Shown here: positions 54,815 through 64,000 of the stretch, piece by piece
Layout of the letters: the number at the start of each line of letters is the position of its first letter
Numbering within the stretch: the first letter of the stretch is position 1
Source of the DNA: an uncultured Gemmatimonadales bacterium
Lineage (GTDB): Bacteria > Gemmatimonadota > Gemmatimonadetes > Gemmatimonadales > GWC2-71-9
Length of the DNA: 64,000 nucleotides
Assembly: GCA_963779755.1 (NCBI GenBank)
Contig: CAVZZO010000001.1
Span: 1,088,001 to 1,152,000, forward strand
Direction: 5' to 3'
The notes under the pieces: generated by a model
Databases searched by the model: none
The model's input: only the letters and a program-made list of their open reading frames with translations
Told to the model about the DNA's origin: nothing
Program-made: the position numbers and the translations under genes

Positions 54815-56197
54815 ATGCGCCTAACGACTCTGGTACTGCTGACGCTCGCTCCAGCCGTGCTTCAGGCACAGCAGCCGGGCTCCTTCGCAACCGACAGCGC
54901 GGTGCAGGCGCTGATCGATGCCCGCGCCGCGATGGTGCCCAACAGCGGCATCGTCATCGGGCTGACGGATGCCTCGGGACGCCGGGTGCTGGGCGCCGGT
55001 ACCGTCAACGGGCCCGGCACTGCGGCGCCCGATGGGGCCACCGTATACGAAATCGGCTCCGTCACCAAGACCTTCACCGCCACTCTGCTGGCCGAGATGG
55101 CGGTGCAGGGACAGGCCCGGCTGGACCAGCCGGTGGCGAAGCTGCTGCCCGACTCGGTGCACGTGCCGCAATACCAGGGTATTTCCATCACGCTCCTCGA
55201 TCTGGCGACGCAGTCGTCCGGATTGCCGAGGCTGCCGGACAACCTGAATCCCCCGGACATGGCGGATCCCTACGCGGACTACACGGCAGCCGATCTCTAT
55301 GCTTTCCTGAGTTCCTACGCCCTGCCGCGGGAGCCGGGGGCACGCTACGAGTACTCGAATCTGGGCGTCGGGCTGCTCGGCTTCGCCCTGGCCCGCCGCG
55401 CCAATACCGACTACGAACGTCTGGTCCGCGACCGCATCGCCGAGCCGCTGGGCATGAGCGACACGCGGATCATCCTCACCCCTGACGAGCAGGCCCGGCT
55501 GGCGCCGGGCCATGATATCGGGGGCGACATGGTGCCGAACTGGGACATGTCGGTGCTGGCGGGCGCGGGCGGGCTCCGCTCCACCGCGCGGGATATGCTG
55601 GCGTACGTGGCGGCCTACCTCGCCCCCGGGGACGACGACCTGGGCCGGGCCATGACCATGGCCGCCGAGCCCCGGCGCCCCACGACCATTCCCGGGATGC
55701 GCATCGGGCTGGCTTGGCACGTGCGGGAGCAGGGCGGGCGGGTCATCATCTGGCACAATGGCGCCACCGGCGGATACCATGCCTTCGCCGGATTCGATCC
55801 GGCCCGCCACCTCGGGGTGGTGATACTCACCAACTCGCAGCTCAGCGTAGACGACCTTGGCTTCCACCTGCTCGATCCCTCCATGCCGGTCACGCCGCCC
55901 TCGCTGCCGCCGCGCCGTACCGCGATCTCTCTGAGCCCGGCGGAGCTCGAGCCCCTCGTCGGGGAATATCAGCTCGCGCCGGGAGCCATTCTTTCGGTCA
56001 CCCGGGACTCTGACCAGCTCTATATCCAGCTCACCGGCCAGTCGCGTTTCCCGGTCTATCCCGAAACCGGTAGCCGGTTCTTCCTGCGGGTGGTGGATGC
56101 CGTGCTGGAGTTCGAGCGGGATGCCTCGGGAGAGGTGACGGCCGTGGTGTTGCACCAGAACGGCCGGGATGTGCGGGGGGTGAGAACGGAGAAGTAA
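54815..56197 (+). CDS. Serine hydrolase (beta-lactamase class C-like) with a DUF3471-like tail
   Basis: SVTK (SxxK), YSN, HNG; signal peptide LQA|Q. Confidence 0.9.
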   Translation: MRLTTLVLLTLAPAVLQAQQPGSFATDSAVQALIDARAAMVPNSGIVIGLTDASGRRVLGAGTVNGPGTAAPDGATVYEIGSVTKTFTATLLAEMAVQGQARLDQPVAKLLPDSVHVPQYQGISITLLDLATQSSGLPRLPDNLNPPDMADPYADYTAADLYAFLSSYALPREPGARYEYSNLGVGLLGFALARRANTDYERLVRDRIAEPLGMSDTRIILTPDEQARLAPGHDIGGDMVPNWDMSVLAGAGGLRSTARDMLAYVAAYLAPGDDDLGRAMTMAAEPRRPTTIPGMRIGLAWHVREQGGRVIIWHNGATGGYHAFAGFDPARHLGVVILTNSQLSVDDLGFHLLDPSMPVTPPSLPPRRTAISLSPAELEPLVGEYQLAPGAILSVTRDSDQLYIQLTGQSRFPVYPETGSRFFLRVVDAVLEFERDASGEVTAVVLHQNGRDVRGVRTEK

Positions 56198-56298
56198 TCT
56201 TCATCAGGCCTTCATGTATTCTTGGCTCTCCATCTTTATCCATCGTGCAGGGCCGGCTAGCTTGCTCACCGGCGCTTCTCCTCCAGGCGAGGACATTG

Positions 56299-57363
56299 AT
56301 GTCGGGCCTCTTCCGACAACTGCTGAGTGACGATGCCCCCGGAACCCGGAGCCGGATCACCGGGCTCTACCTGCTGCTGGCCCTGGCCAACATTGCGGCC
56401 TGGGGCTGGGCCTTCGCGGCCTTCCGGCACTATCCCCTGATGCTGGGCACGGCGCTCCTGGCCTACGGCCTGGGCCTGCGCCACGCCATCGACGCCGATC
56501 ACATCGCCGCCATCGACAACGTCACCCGCAAGCTGATGCAGGAGGGCAAGCGGCCGGTGGCGGTGGGGTTCTTCTTCTCGCTGGGGCACTCGACGGTCGT
56601 GGTGCTGGCCTCGGTGGCGATCGCCGCGACCGCCATGGCGCTGAGCAGCCGGCTGCAGGCCTTCCGCGGCGTGGGCGGGGTCATCGGGACCATCGTCTCG
56701 GCAGTCTTCCTGCTGGCGATCGCGGTGATGAACCTGTTCATCCTGGTGTCGGTCTATCGCACCTTCCACCGGGTGCGGCGCGGCGGCCGCTTTGTCGAGG
56801 AAGACCTCGATACCCTCATGGCCGGCGGAGGTCTGCTGGCCCGCATCTTCCGCCCGCTCTTCGGCATGATCCGCCGCAGCTGGCACATGTACCCGCTGGG
56901 GCTGCTCTTCGGGCTGGGGTTCGACACCGCCACCGAAATCGGCCTGCTCGGTATCTCCGCGGCCCAGGCGTCCCAGGGAATGCCGATCTGGTCCATCCTG
57001 GTCTTCCCCGCGCTCTTCACCGCGGGCATGTCGCTGGTGGATACGACCGACAGCGTCCTGATGCTGGGCGCCTACGGCTGGGCCTTCACCCGGCCGATCC
57101 GCAAGCTCTACTACAACATGACGATCACGGCCGTAAGCGTTCTGGTGGCGCTCCTGGTAGGCGGCATCGAAGCGCTGGGTCTGCTGGTGGACCGCTTCGA
57201 GCTGCGCGGCGGCCTGTGGAGCCTGGTCGAGACGCTGAACAACAACTTTGGTAGTGTGGGCTACCTGATCATCGGGGTCTTCCTCGGCAGCTGGATCATT
57301 TCCTCGGTCGTCTACCGCCTCAAGGGGTACGACCGGGTCGAACTGGTCCGCTCCGGCGACTGA
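56299..57363 (+). CDS. hoxN: High-affinity nickel/cobalt permease (HoxN/NixA, NiCoT)
   Basis: RHAIDADHIAAID, FSLGHSTVV, GLGFDTATE. Confidence 0.93.
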   Translation: MSGLFRQLLSDDAPGTRSRITGLYLLLALANIAAWGWAFAAFRHYPLMLGTALLAYGLGLRHAIDADHIAAIDNVTRKLMQEGKRPVAVGFFFSLGHSTVVVLASVAIAATAMALSSRLQAFRGVGGVIGTIVSAVFLLAIAVMNLFILVSVYRTFHRVRRGGRFVEEDLDTLMAGGGLLARIFRPLFGMIRRSWHMYPLGLLFGLGFDTATEIGLLGISAAQASQGMPIWSILVFPALFTAGMSLVDTTDSVLMLGAYGWAFTRPIRKLYYNMTITAVSVLVALLVGGIEALGLLVDRFELRGGLWSLVETLNNNFGSVGYLIIGVFLGSWIISSVVYRLKGYDRVELVRSGD

Positions 57364-57517
57364 ACACCCGGACGCCTTCTCCGTCGCCGTTCCCCCTCGC
57401 AACAATCCAGCACAGCATGATGTGGCTCACCGCCGCCGCCGGCGGCACACCCTATGTGTACCGGGTCTGATCGCGCCCGGAGGGCGCAACTCCGAAGCAG
57501 CGGATGGGAGGCGCCAG

Positions 57518-58081
57518 ATGAGACAGATCCGATATGCCCGGCGCCCCTTCTTGCGGCCCGGCGGCGAGGCTGAGCCGAAGGGGCTGGCCCTGGCCAGGAA
57601 ACAGGGAGAAACCTATCGCCGGACGGTGGAACACATGTCCCGGGAGGTCGCCCAGCGGGGACGGGCTCGCCGGGCGGGGGATTATACCATCGGATACGCG
57701 GTGGAAGAGGCGGAGGGGATGTACCATTTCGAAAACGGATTATTGCGTTGGGAAGAGCCGGCCGAGGGGGAGAATCTGCATGTGGAGGTGGTGGTGATGG
57801 ACGGAGCCGACGGCCGCTTCCTCCCCGGACTGGAAGTCTTCGTCACCCTGTTCGATGCCGAGGGGCACGAGATCGGTACCCATGCCCAGCCGTTCCTCTG
57901 GCACCCTTATCTGTTCCACTACGGCAGGAACTGGCGCCTGCCCGGCGACGGTGAGTACACCATCCGCATCCGGGTCGAGCCGCCCCGGTTCATGCGCCAC
58001 GACCGGGTGAACGGCGTGCGGTATACTGAACCGGTGGTGGTCGAGTTCACCGGGGTGGAGGTGAAGACCGGCCACGACTGA
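57518..58081 (+). CDS. Fe2+ transport protein family (P19/Tp34-like)
   Basis: EEAEGMY, NLHVEV, DGRFLP, FLWHPYLFHYGRN, PPRFMRHD. Confidence 0.75.
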   Translation: MRQIRYARRPFLRPGGEAEPKGLALARKQGETYRRTVEHMSREVAQRGRARRAGDYTIGYAVEEAEGMYHFENGLLRWEEPAEGENLHVEVVVMDGADGRFLPGLEVFVTLFDAEGHEIGTHAQPFLWHPYLFHYGRNWRLPGDGEYTIRIRVEPPRFMRHDRVNGVRYTEPVVVEFTGVEVKTGHD

Positions 58082-58211
58082 GCGGCGCCCTCGATTCCGG
58101 GGCCTGGCAGTGGGCCCCGGACTCGCGCCCGCCCCTCCCATTCGGGCGTCGAGTGGCCTTTCTTTCGGCGTTCCCCTGAATCGCCGCTATTTCCGACATC
58201 CGGACTACCCT

Positions 58212-59843
58212 ATGCCCCGACTGACGCTCGTTGCCGCGGGTGCCATGCTGCTCGGCGCGATCGCGCCGCAGCTTGGTGCCCAGACGTTGCCCACCCACGA
58301 CCCCGTGCTCCAGCGGATCTACACCCTGGGCGAGGACAGTTCCCGGGTCCAGACGCTCTCCCAGGCCCTGTTCGATTCCATCGGGCCGCGGCTCATGGGC
58401 TCTCCCGATCTCCGGCGGGGCCAGGACTGGCTGCTCCGGATGTATCAGCGCTGGGGCATCGAGGCCCGCAACGAGAAGATCGGCACCTGGCGCGGATGGC
58501 GCCGCGGCTATTCGCACATCGATCTGGTGCAGCCGCGGGTGCGTTCGCTTGAGGGCACCATGCTGGGCTACAGCCCGGGAACGGGCGGCAAGGACCTGAC
58601 CGCCTCGACCATCATCCTGCCCCGGTTCGCCGACAGCACCGAATTCGTGCAGTGGCTGCCGCAGGCCCGGGGCAAGTTCATCCTGGTCTCCGCCCCGCAG
58701 CCTACCTGCCGGCCCAGCGAAGACTGGACGGAGAACGCCACGCCGGAATCCCGGGCCCGCATGGATAGCCTGCGCATGGCGTTGCGCCGGGAGTGGGGCG
58801 GCCGGAACGTGCGCGGCACCGGTTACAGCCTGGCCATCGGCACCGGCGAGCTCGGCCTGCGCCTGGAGCAGGGCGGCGTGGCGGGGATCCTTACCAGCCG
58901 GCCCAAGGACGCCTGGGGCACCTTCGAGGTGTTCGAAACCTACGACACGAAGGCGCCCGCCGTGGCGCTCTCCTGCGAAGATTACGGCCTGCTCTACCGG
59001 CTCACCGAGAACAACCAGCACCCGATGCTGCGGATGAACCTCGATGCCCAGCTGCTGGGCGAACAGCCGGTCTTCAATACCGTCGCCATGATCAGGGGCA
59101 GCGAGAAGCCCGATGAATACGTGGTGCTCTCCGCCCACTTCGATTCCTGGGACGGGTCCTCCGGCGCCACCGATAACGGGACCGGCACCATCACCATGCT
59201 GGAGGCGATGCGGATCCTGAAGCAGGCCTATCCCCATCCCAAGCGGACCATCCTGGTGGGCCACTGGAGCGGAGAAGAGGAAGGCGAGGTGGGCTCCAAG
59301 GCGTTCGCCGAGGACCATCCCGAAGTGCTGAAAGGCCTGCAGGCGCTGTTCAACCAGGACAACGGCACCGGCCGCATCGTCCGCATGAGCGCCGCCGGGC
59401 TGCCCGACGCCGCCGTGCATATCCAGCGCTGGCTGGACCAGATCCCGGCGGAATGGAAGGAGCGGATCCAGTTCAGCAACCCCGGCTTCCCCTCCGGCGG
59501 CGGGAGCGACGATTTCTCCTTCTCCTGCGCCGGGCTGCCCGCCTTCGGCCTGGGGGCCCTGCCCTGGAACTACTTCAACTATACCTGGCATACCAACCGC
59601 GACACCTACGACAAGATCGTCTTCGACGACCTGCGCGACAACGCCACCCTCACGGCCATGCTGGCCTACCTGGCCAGCGAAGATTCCACCCTGATCACCC
59701 GGGAGCGGGCCGATCTGGCGGAAGTGTTGAAGGCGCTGGAGAAGCGCGACTCCGCCATGGTGGCACGCCGCCGCTACATGTTCCCCACCACGTGGCCCGA
59801 GTGCGAGAAGGCGGCGAGGAGCACGGATCCACGGTTGAAGTGA
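58212..59843 (+). CDS. M28 family metallopeptidase (carboxypeptidase Q-like), exported
   Basis: IGPRLMGS, SAHFDSW, GATDNGTG, GEEEG, WHTNRDT; signal peptide LGA|Q. Confidence 0.9.
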   Translation: MPRLTLVAAGAMLLGAIAPQLGAQTLPTHDPVLQRIYTLGEDSSRVQTLSQALFDSIGPRLMGSPDLRRGQDWLLRMYQRWGIEARNEKIGTWRGWRRGYSHIDLVQPRVRSLEGTMLGYSPGTGGKDLTASTIILPRFADSTEFVQWLPQARGKFILVSAPQPTCRPSEDWTENATPESRARMDSLRMALRREWGGRNVRGTGYSLAIGTGELGLRLEQGGVAGILTSRPKDAWGTFEVFETYDTKAPAVALSCEDYGLLYRLTENNQHPMLRMNLDAQLLGEQPVFNTVAMIRGSEKPDEYVVLSAHFDSWDGSSGATDNGTGTITMLEAMRILKQAYPHPKRTILVGHWSGEEEGEVGSKAFAEDHPEVLKGLQALFNQDNGTGRIVRMSAAGLPDAAVHIQRWLDQIPAEWKERIQFSNPGFPSGGGSDDFSFSCAGLPAFGLGALPWNYFNYTWHTNRDTYDKIVFDDLRDNATLTAMLAYLASEDSTLITRERADLAEVLKALEKRDSAMVARRRYMFPTTWPECEKAARSTDPRLK

Positions 59844-59922
59844 GTCGTTGAACCCGAGTCGTTGGTCGTTAGTCGTTGGGTGAGGGCCGGGACCAACGAC
59901 TAATGACCAACGACTAACGACC
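59843..59922. repeat. Inverted heptamer arrays (GTCGTTR)n / (YAACGAC)n
   Basis: gtcgttggtcgttagtcgttgg ... ccaacgactaatgaccaacgactaacgac. Confidence 0.85.
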
Positions 59923-59930
59923 TATCTCCC

Positions 59931-59967
59931 TTGCCGTTGCAACCCGCAATAATTACCATCCCGCAAC
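59931..59967 (+). promoter_or_regulatory. Putative promoter and MarR operator
   Basis: TTGCCG-17 nt-TACCAT; TTGC-N5-GCAA palindrome in the spacer and a second CCCGCAA half-site. Confidence 0.5.
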
Positions 59968-59968
59968 T

Positions 59969-60430
59969 ATGGCCACCACCCTGGAGCGCAGCGCCGGGCT
60001 GCTCCTCGATCTCGGCCCCCGGGTCGTCGATCTGCTGCGCGAGGACGTCCGCAGCCGGCTTCCCGGAGGGATCTCCCTGCCACAGTTCCGGGCGCTTGCC
60101 CTGGCGCGCCGGCGCCCGGGGTCGTCGCTCGGCGAGCTGACGCGGCAACTCGGCGGCTCGACCCCCGGCATGAGCCGCCTGGTGGAGGGCCTGGTCCGGC
60201 GCGGCCTCATGGCCCGTAGTCCCGTCCCGGGAGACCGGCGGCGGATTGCCTTGTCACTAACGCCCGCCGGCTTGCGTCTGGTGGAAACCGTCCGGCGGCG
60301 GGGCCGCCGGCGCCTCTCCCGTGTGCTGGCCGCCGTGCCGGAGCGGCATCGGACCGACATGGAGCGCACCCTGATCCGGCTGGTGGATGTGATCCGCAAC
60401 CATCCTCTCTCCCCGGCGGAACTCAGGTGA
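59969..60430 (+). CDS. MarR family transcriptional regulator
   Basis: SLPQFRAL, MSRLVEGLVRRGL, DRRRIALSLTPAG. Confidence 0.92.
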   Translation: MATTLERSAGLLLDLGPRVVDLLREDVRSRLPGGISLPQFRALALARRRPGSSLGELTRQLGGSTPGMSRLVEGLVRRGLMARSPVPGDRRRIALSLTPAGLRLVETVRRRGRRRLSRVLAAVPERHRTDMERTLIRLVDVIRNHPLSPAELR

Positions 60431-61896
60431 GCCGTCGCGTCGGCCCGTTCGTCCCCGAAATCGTGGCGGCGGGCGCCCTGCTCCTCGTCCTGGGCTGCGG
60501 TACGCCCTCGGTGCGCGGCGTTGCGGGCACCTCGCCGGCGCCGCAGGTGCCCTGGACCCCGCCCGAGCAGCTGCCCTACCGGCAGGATACCGCCGCGCAG
60601 GCCGCGGTACCGCCGGACCTGGCGGCCAGCATCCACCAGCTGACCCTGGGTGACATCGTGGATATCGGCCTGCGGAACAACCCGGCCACCCGGCTGGCCT
60701 GGGCCAACGCGCGGGCTGCCGCCGCCGCCTACGGTTCCGCCCGCGGCGCCCTCCTTCCCACCATCGACGGCAACGTCAACGCCGTCCGGCTCCAGACGGT
60801 GGCGTCGCAGGGGCGGGCGGCGGTGCGGCAGTCGTTGCTCAATCCCAGCGCGACCCTGTCCTGGCTGGTGCTGGACGGCGGCCGCCGCAGCGGCGCCATT
60901 CGCGCGGCGCAGGCCTCCCTGGTGGCGGCCGACTTCTCGCACAATGCCGCCATCCAGGACGTGGTCCTGGGGATCGAGCTCGCCTACTACCAGTACGTGG
61001 CCAACCGCGCTCTGCTGGAGAGCCGGCGGACCACCCTCAAGGAGGCGCGGGAGAATCTGGACGCCACGCAAGAGCGAAACCGGGTCGGGCTCGCTACCAT
61101 TGCCGATGTGCTCCAGGCGAAGACTGCCGCCTCCCAGGCCCAGCTGGCGCTGGAAACTACCGAGGGTAATGTGCAGACCACCCGGGGCGCGCTGGCCTTT
61201 GCCCTGGGATTGCCGGCCACCATTCCCTACGAGGTGGACTCCACGGCATTCGAGGTCCCGGTCGCCACCCTGGCGGACCAGGTGGACTCGCTGGTCGCCC
61301 GGGCCGTCTCCGGCCGGCCCGATCTCCAGGCCGCCCGCGCCCGCGTCGCCGCGGCCCGGGCCCGTGTTGCCGAGGCGCGTTCCGACCGCCTGCCTTCACT
61401 GCAGTTCAGCGCGACGGGCGGCCGCACCTACGCCACGACGATCCCGTCGGGCGCCGACAGCTATACCCTCTCGCTGGGGCTCAGCATTCCGCTCTTCGCC
61501 GGCTTCTCGCGGGTATACGACCAGCGGGCCGCCGAAGCGGCCGTCCAGGCCGCCGGCGCCCAGGCCGACATTCTGGGCAGCCAGGTGGTCTACCAGGTCT
61601 TCAGCGCCTACTACGCCCTGCAGACCGCCACCCGCAGCGTGGGCACGGCCGAGGACCTGCTCGCGAGCGCACAGCAGTCGGACGAGGTGGCGCTGGCGCG
61701 CTACAAGGCCGGGGTGGGCAGCATTCTCGATCTGCTGGCCGCGCAGAGCGCGCTGGCCGACGCCCGGGCGCAGCGGGTACAGGTGCGGCTGGCCTGGAGC
61801 GTGGCGTTGGCTCAACTGGCGCATGATGCGGGACTTCTCGATACCCGGGGCGGCAGCCCGCTCCGGCTGACTTCCGATACGACGAAGGGCCAATGA
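60427..61896 (+). CDS. TolC family outer-membrane efflux lipoprotein
   Basis: VLG-C lipobox; NNP, RPDL, RYKAGVGSILDLLAAQ repeats. Confidence 0.92.
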   Translation: MSRRVGPFVPEIVAAGALLLVLGCGTPSVRGVAGTSPAPQVPWTPPEQLPYRQDTAAQAAVPPDLAASIHQLTLGDIVDIGLRNNPATRLAWANARAAAAAYGSARGALLPTIDGNVNAVRLQTVASQGRAAVRQSLLNPSATLSWLVLDGGRRSGAIRAAQASLVAADFSHNAAIQDVVLGIELAYYQYVANRALLESRRTTLKEARENLDATQERNRVGLATIADVLQAKTAASQAQLALETTEGNVQTTRGALAFALGLPATIPYEVDSTAFEVPVATLADQVDSLVARAVSGRPDLQAARARVAAARARVAEARSDRLPSLQFSATGGRTYATTIPSGADSYTLSLGLSIPLFAGFSRVYDQRAAEAAVQAAGAQADILGSQVVYQVFSAYYALQTATRSVGTAEDLLASAQQSDEVALARYKAGVGSILDLLAAQSALADARAQRVQVRLAWSVALAQLAHDAGLLDTRGGSPLRLTSDTTKGQ

Positions 61897-63092
61897 CCCT
61901 CCCCGCCCGGCTCGGTTCGATTTCGGCCGCGCTCCTCGCTGCCGTTGCCCTCTCCGCCTGCGGGCAGAAGGCGTCGCCTCCGCCGCCGCCTACTCCGGTG
62001 TCGGTCGGGCCGGTGCGCCGGCAGCCGGTTCCCCTCGAACTGCAGGCGACGGGGACGGTCGAGCCGCTCCAGACGGTGGCGATCGAGCCGCAGGTGACCG
62101 GGCCGATCACCCGGATCTACTTCAGCGAAGGCGCGGAGGTAAAGGAAGGACAGCCGCTCTTCCAGATCGACCCGCGCCCGTTCCAGGCGGCGCTCCAGCA
62201 GGCCGAAGCCGAGCTGCGGCGCGACCGGGCCATGGCCGCCAACGCGGTGGAGGACGCAAAGCGCTACGCCGAGCTGGCGAGCAAGGAATATGTGACGGCG
62301 CAGCAGTATGGCCAGGCGAAGACCTCGGCCGCGGCGGCCGAAGCCACGGCCGCCGCAAGCGAAGCGGCGGTGGAACAGGCGCGGCTCAACCTCCAGTACG
62401 CCAGGATCCGGGCGCCGATCGCCGGGCGCACCGGCAACCTGATGGTGCGGGAGGGGAACCTGGTGCGTGCCAGTCAGTCCACTCCGCTGGTGACGATCAA
62501 CCAGCTCCGCCCGATCCTGGTGCGCTTCGCGGTGCCGGCGGAGAACCTGCCGGCGATCCGGCGATTCCGCGATCGGGGCGCCGTACCGGTGACGGTCGTG
62601 CCGACCGGGGCCGGCGACACCGCGGCGGGCGCTCCCGCCGGACTCGGGCTGGCAGGGGACGCCGCGGGGAGCCTGGACGGGCCGGCGAGCCCGGCCCCGT
62701 CGGGCGGCGCGAGCGAAGGGACGCTCACGTTTCTGAACAACGCGGTGGACACGACCACGGGGACGATCCTGCTCAAGGGTACCTTCCGGAACAGCGACGG
62801 CGCGCTCTGGCCGGGCGAATTCGTGAACGTGCGGCTGCGGCTCGCGATCGACACCGCGCTCACGGTGCCCGCCGCCGCGGTGGTCTCGGGCCAGCAGGGC
62901 ACCTACGTCTTCGTCGTGCAGGGCGATGGCACGGTGGCGCAGCGGCCGGTGGCGGTGGATCGGACCCAGGGCGACCTTGCCGTCGTCCGCGGCGACCTGC
63001 AGGCCGGCCAGCGGGTGGTGACCGACGGTCAGCTACGTCTCCGTCCGGGCGCCAAGGTGCAGATCAAGCAAGCGGAACAGGCCAGCCCATGA
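61893..63092 (+). CDS. RND efflux periplasmic adaptor (MdtA-like)
   Basis: LSA-C lipobox; LFQIDPRPF, IRAPIAG, VDTTTGTI, LWPGEFV. Confidence 0.93.
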   Translation: MTLPARLGSISAALLAAVALSACGQKASPPPPPTPVSVGPVRRQPVPLELQATGTVEPLQTVAIEPQVTGPITRIYFSEGAEVKEGQPLFQIDPRPFQAALQQAEAELRRDRAMAANAVEDAKRYAELASKEYVTAQQYGQAKTSAAAAEATAAASEAAVEQARLNLQYARIRAPIAGRTGNLMVREGNLVRASQSTPLVTINQLRPILVRFAVPAENLPAIRRFRDRGAVPVTVVPTGAGDTAAGAPAGLGLAGDAAGSLDGPASPAPSGGASEGTLTFLNNAVDTTTGTILLKGTFRNSDGALWPGEFVNVRLRLAIDTALTVPAAAVVSGQQGTYVFVVQGDGTVAQRPVAVDRTQGDLAVVRGDLQAGQRVVTDGQLRLRPGAKVQIKQAEQASP

Positions 63093-64000
63093 ATATCGCG
63101 GGGCTTTTCATTCGACGGCCGGTCATGACCACGCTGGTCATGGTCGGCATCCTGCTCTTCGGCATCGTGGCGTACCGCCAGCTGCCGGTGAGCGATCTGC
63201 CGACGGTAGACTACCCCACCATCAACGTCCGCGCGAGTCTGCCCGGCGCCAGCCCGGAAACCATGGCCGCCTCGGTGGCCACCCCGCTGGAGAAGTCGTT
63301 CTCCACCATCGCCGGTCTCGACGCGATGACGTCGAGCAGCAGCCAGGGGTCCACTTCGCTCACGCTGCAGTTCACGCTGGACCGCAACGTGGACGACGCG
63401 GCGCAGGACGTGAACGCCGCCATTTCCAAGACGCTAAGGCAGCTGCCGCAGGGCATGCTGCCGCCGAGCTACAGTAAGGTGGATCCGTCGGCCAGCCCGA
63501 TCCTGTACTATGCGCTGCGCACCTCGACGCTGCCGCTCCCCCAGCTCGACGAATACGCCGAGACCAATCTGGCGCAGCAGCTCTCGACCATCGACGGCGT
63601 GGCGCAGGTGCAGGTGTACGGCTCCCAGAAGTATGCGGTGCGAATCCAGCTCGATCCGCAGCAGCTGGCGCTCCGCAACATCGGCATCGACCAGGTGGCG
63701 CAGGCCGTCTCCGCGGGTAACGCCAATCTCCCCACGGGAACGCTCTGGGGCACCGACAAGGCCTATTCGGTCGAGTCGAACGGGCAGCTGAACGATGCCG
63801 CCGATTTCGGCCGGCTCATCGTGGCCTACCGCGACGGGGCGCCGGTCCGGCTCCGCGACCTGGGGCGGGTGATCGACAGCGTGCAGGACACCAAGAGCGC
63901 GGGGTGGTACAACGGCGAGCGGGCCATCGTGCTCGCGATCCAGCGCCAGCCGGGCACCAACACGGTGGCGGTGGCCCAGCGGGTGCGCGCCGCGATCGAG
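63089..64000 (+). CDS. RND efflux permease (MdtB/MdtC-like), partial, runs off the window end
   Basis: MNIAGLFIRRPVMTTL...LPVSDLPTVDYPTINVRASLPGASPETMAASVATPLE. Confidence 0.93.
   Translation, partial: MNIAGLFIRRPVMTTLVMVGILLFGIVAYRQLPVSDLPTVDYPTINVRASLPGASPETMAASVATPLEKSFSTIAGLDAMTSSSSQGSTSLTLQFTLDRNVDDAAQDVNAAISKTLRQLPQGMLPPSYSKVDPSASPILYYALRTSTLPLPQLDEYAETNLAQQLSTIDGVAQVQVYGSQKYAVRIQLDPQQLALRNIGIDQVAQAVSAGNANLPTGTLWGTDKAYSVESNGQLNDAADFGRLIVAYRDGAPVRLRDLGRVIDSVQDTKSAGWYNGERAIVLAIQRQPGTNTVAVAQRVRAAIE

Noticed and set aside
54815..56197. Beta-lactam resistance gene
   Set aside because: SxxK/YxN/HxG with a DUF3471-like tail is a broad serine hydrolase/peptidase family; resistance cannot be inferred.
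56198..56298. AT-rich region upstream of NiCoT as a NikR box or metal riboswitch
   Set aside because: No GTATGA-N16-TCATAC-like dyad or recognisable NiCo/cobalamin riboswitch core.

Overview
High-GC bacterial chromosomal DNA with about 45 genes, most likely from Gemmatimonadota (inferred from gene content and style, not verified). No rRNA, tRNA, CRISPR array, phage or intact IS was seen. From left to right: (1) the 5' part of acs; (2) a sigma54 promoter, a c-di-GMP-I (GEMM-I) fold riboswitch with A at the specificity position (the 3',3'-cGAMP signature), a STAS gene and ccmABCD; (3) a tightly coupled minus-strand operon encoding an ECF sigma, a zinc anti-sigma, DUF92, a lipoprotein, an FAD oxidoreductase, a flavin reductase, a methyltransferase, a SRPBCC protein, a FabF-like ketosynthase and an aquaporin; (4) an outer-membrane cluster encoding a TonB-dependent receptor, a 1.3-kaa Cys-pair-rich protein with a T9SS-like C-terminal domain, a PorV/PorQ-family barrel, a GWxTD protein and an Ig-repeat lipoprotein; (5) an MsbA-like ABC exporter, a CtaA-CtaB fusion, an APC permease and a second TonB receptor; (6) lptFG, divergent from the T9SS translocon sprA, followed by a glutaminyl-cyclase-like lipoprotein, comEA and pilBTC; (7) an accessory stretch (ABC pair, OsmC/methyltransferase/AraC, serine hydrolase, NiCoT, P19-like protein, M28 peptidase) and a MarR-TolC-MFP-RND efflux operon cut by the window end. 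The most notable signals are the candidate cGAMP riboswitch ahead of STAS-ccm, and a T9SS-like system outside Bacteroidota (SprA, a dedicated PorV with a CTD cargo tied to a TonB receptor, and a QC-like enzyme together with a visible Q-rule). All family calls come from motif recognition by eye; no searches were run.
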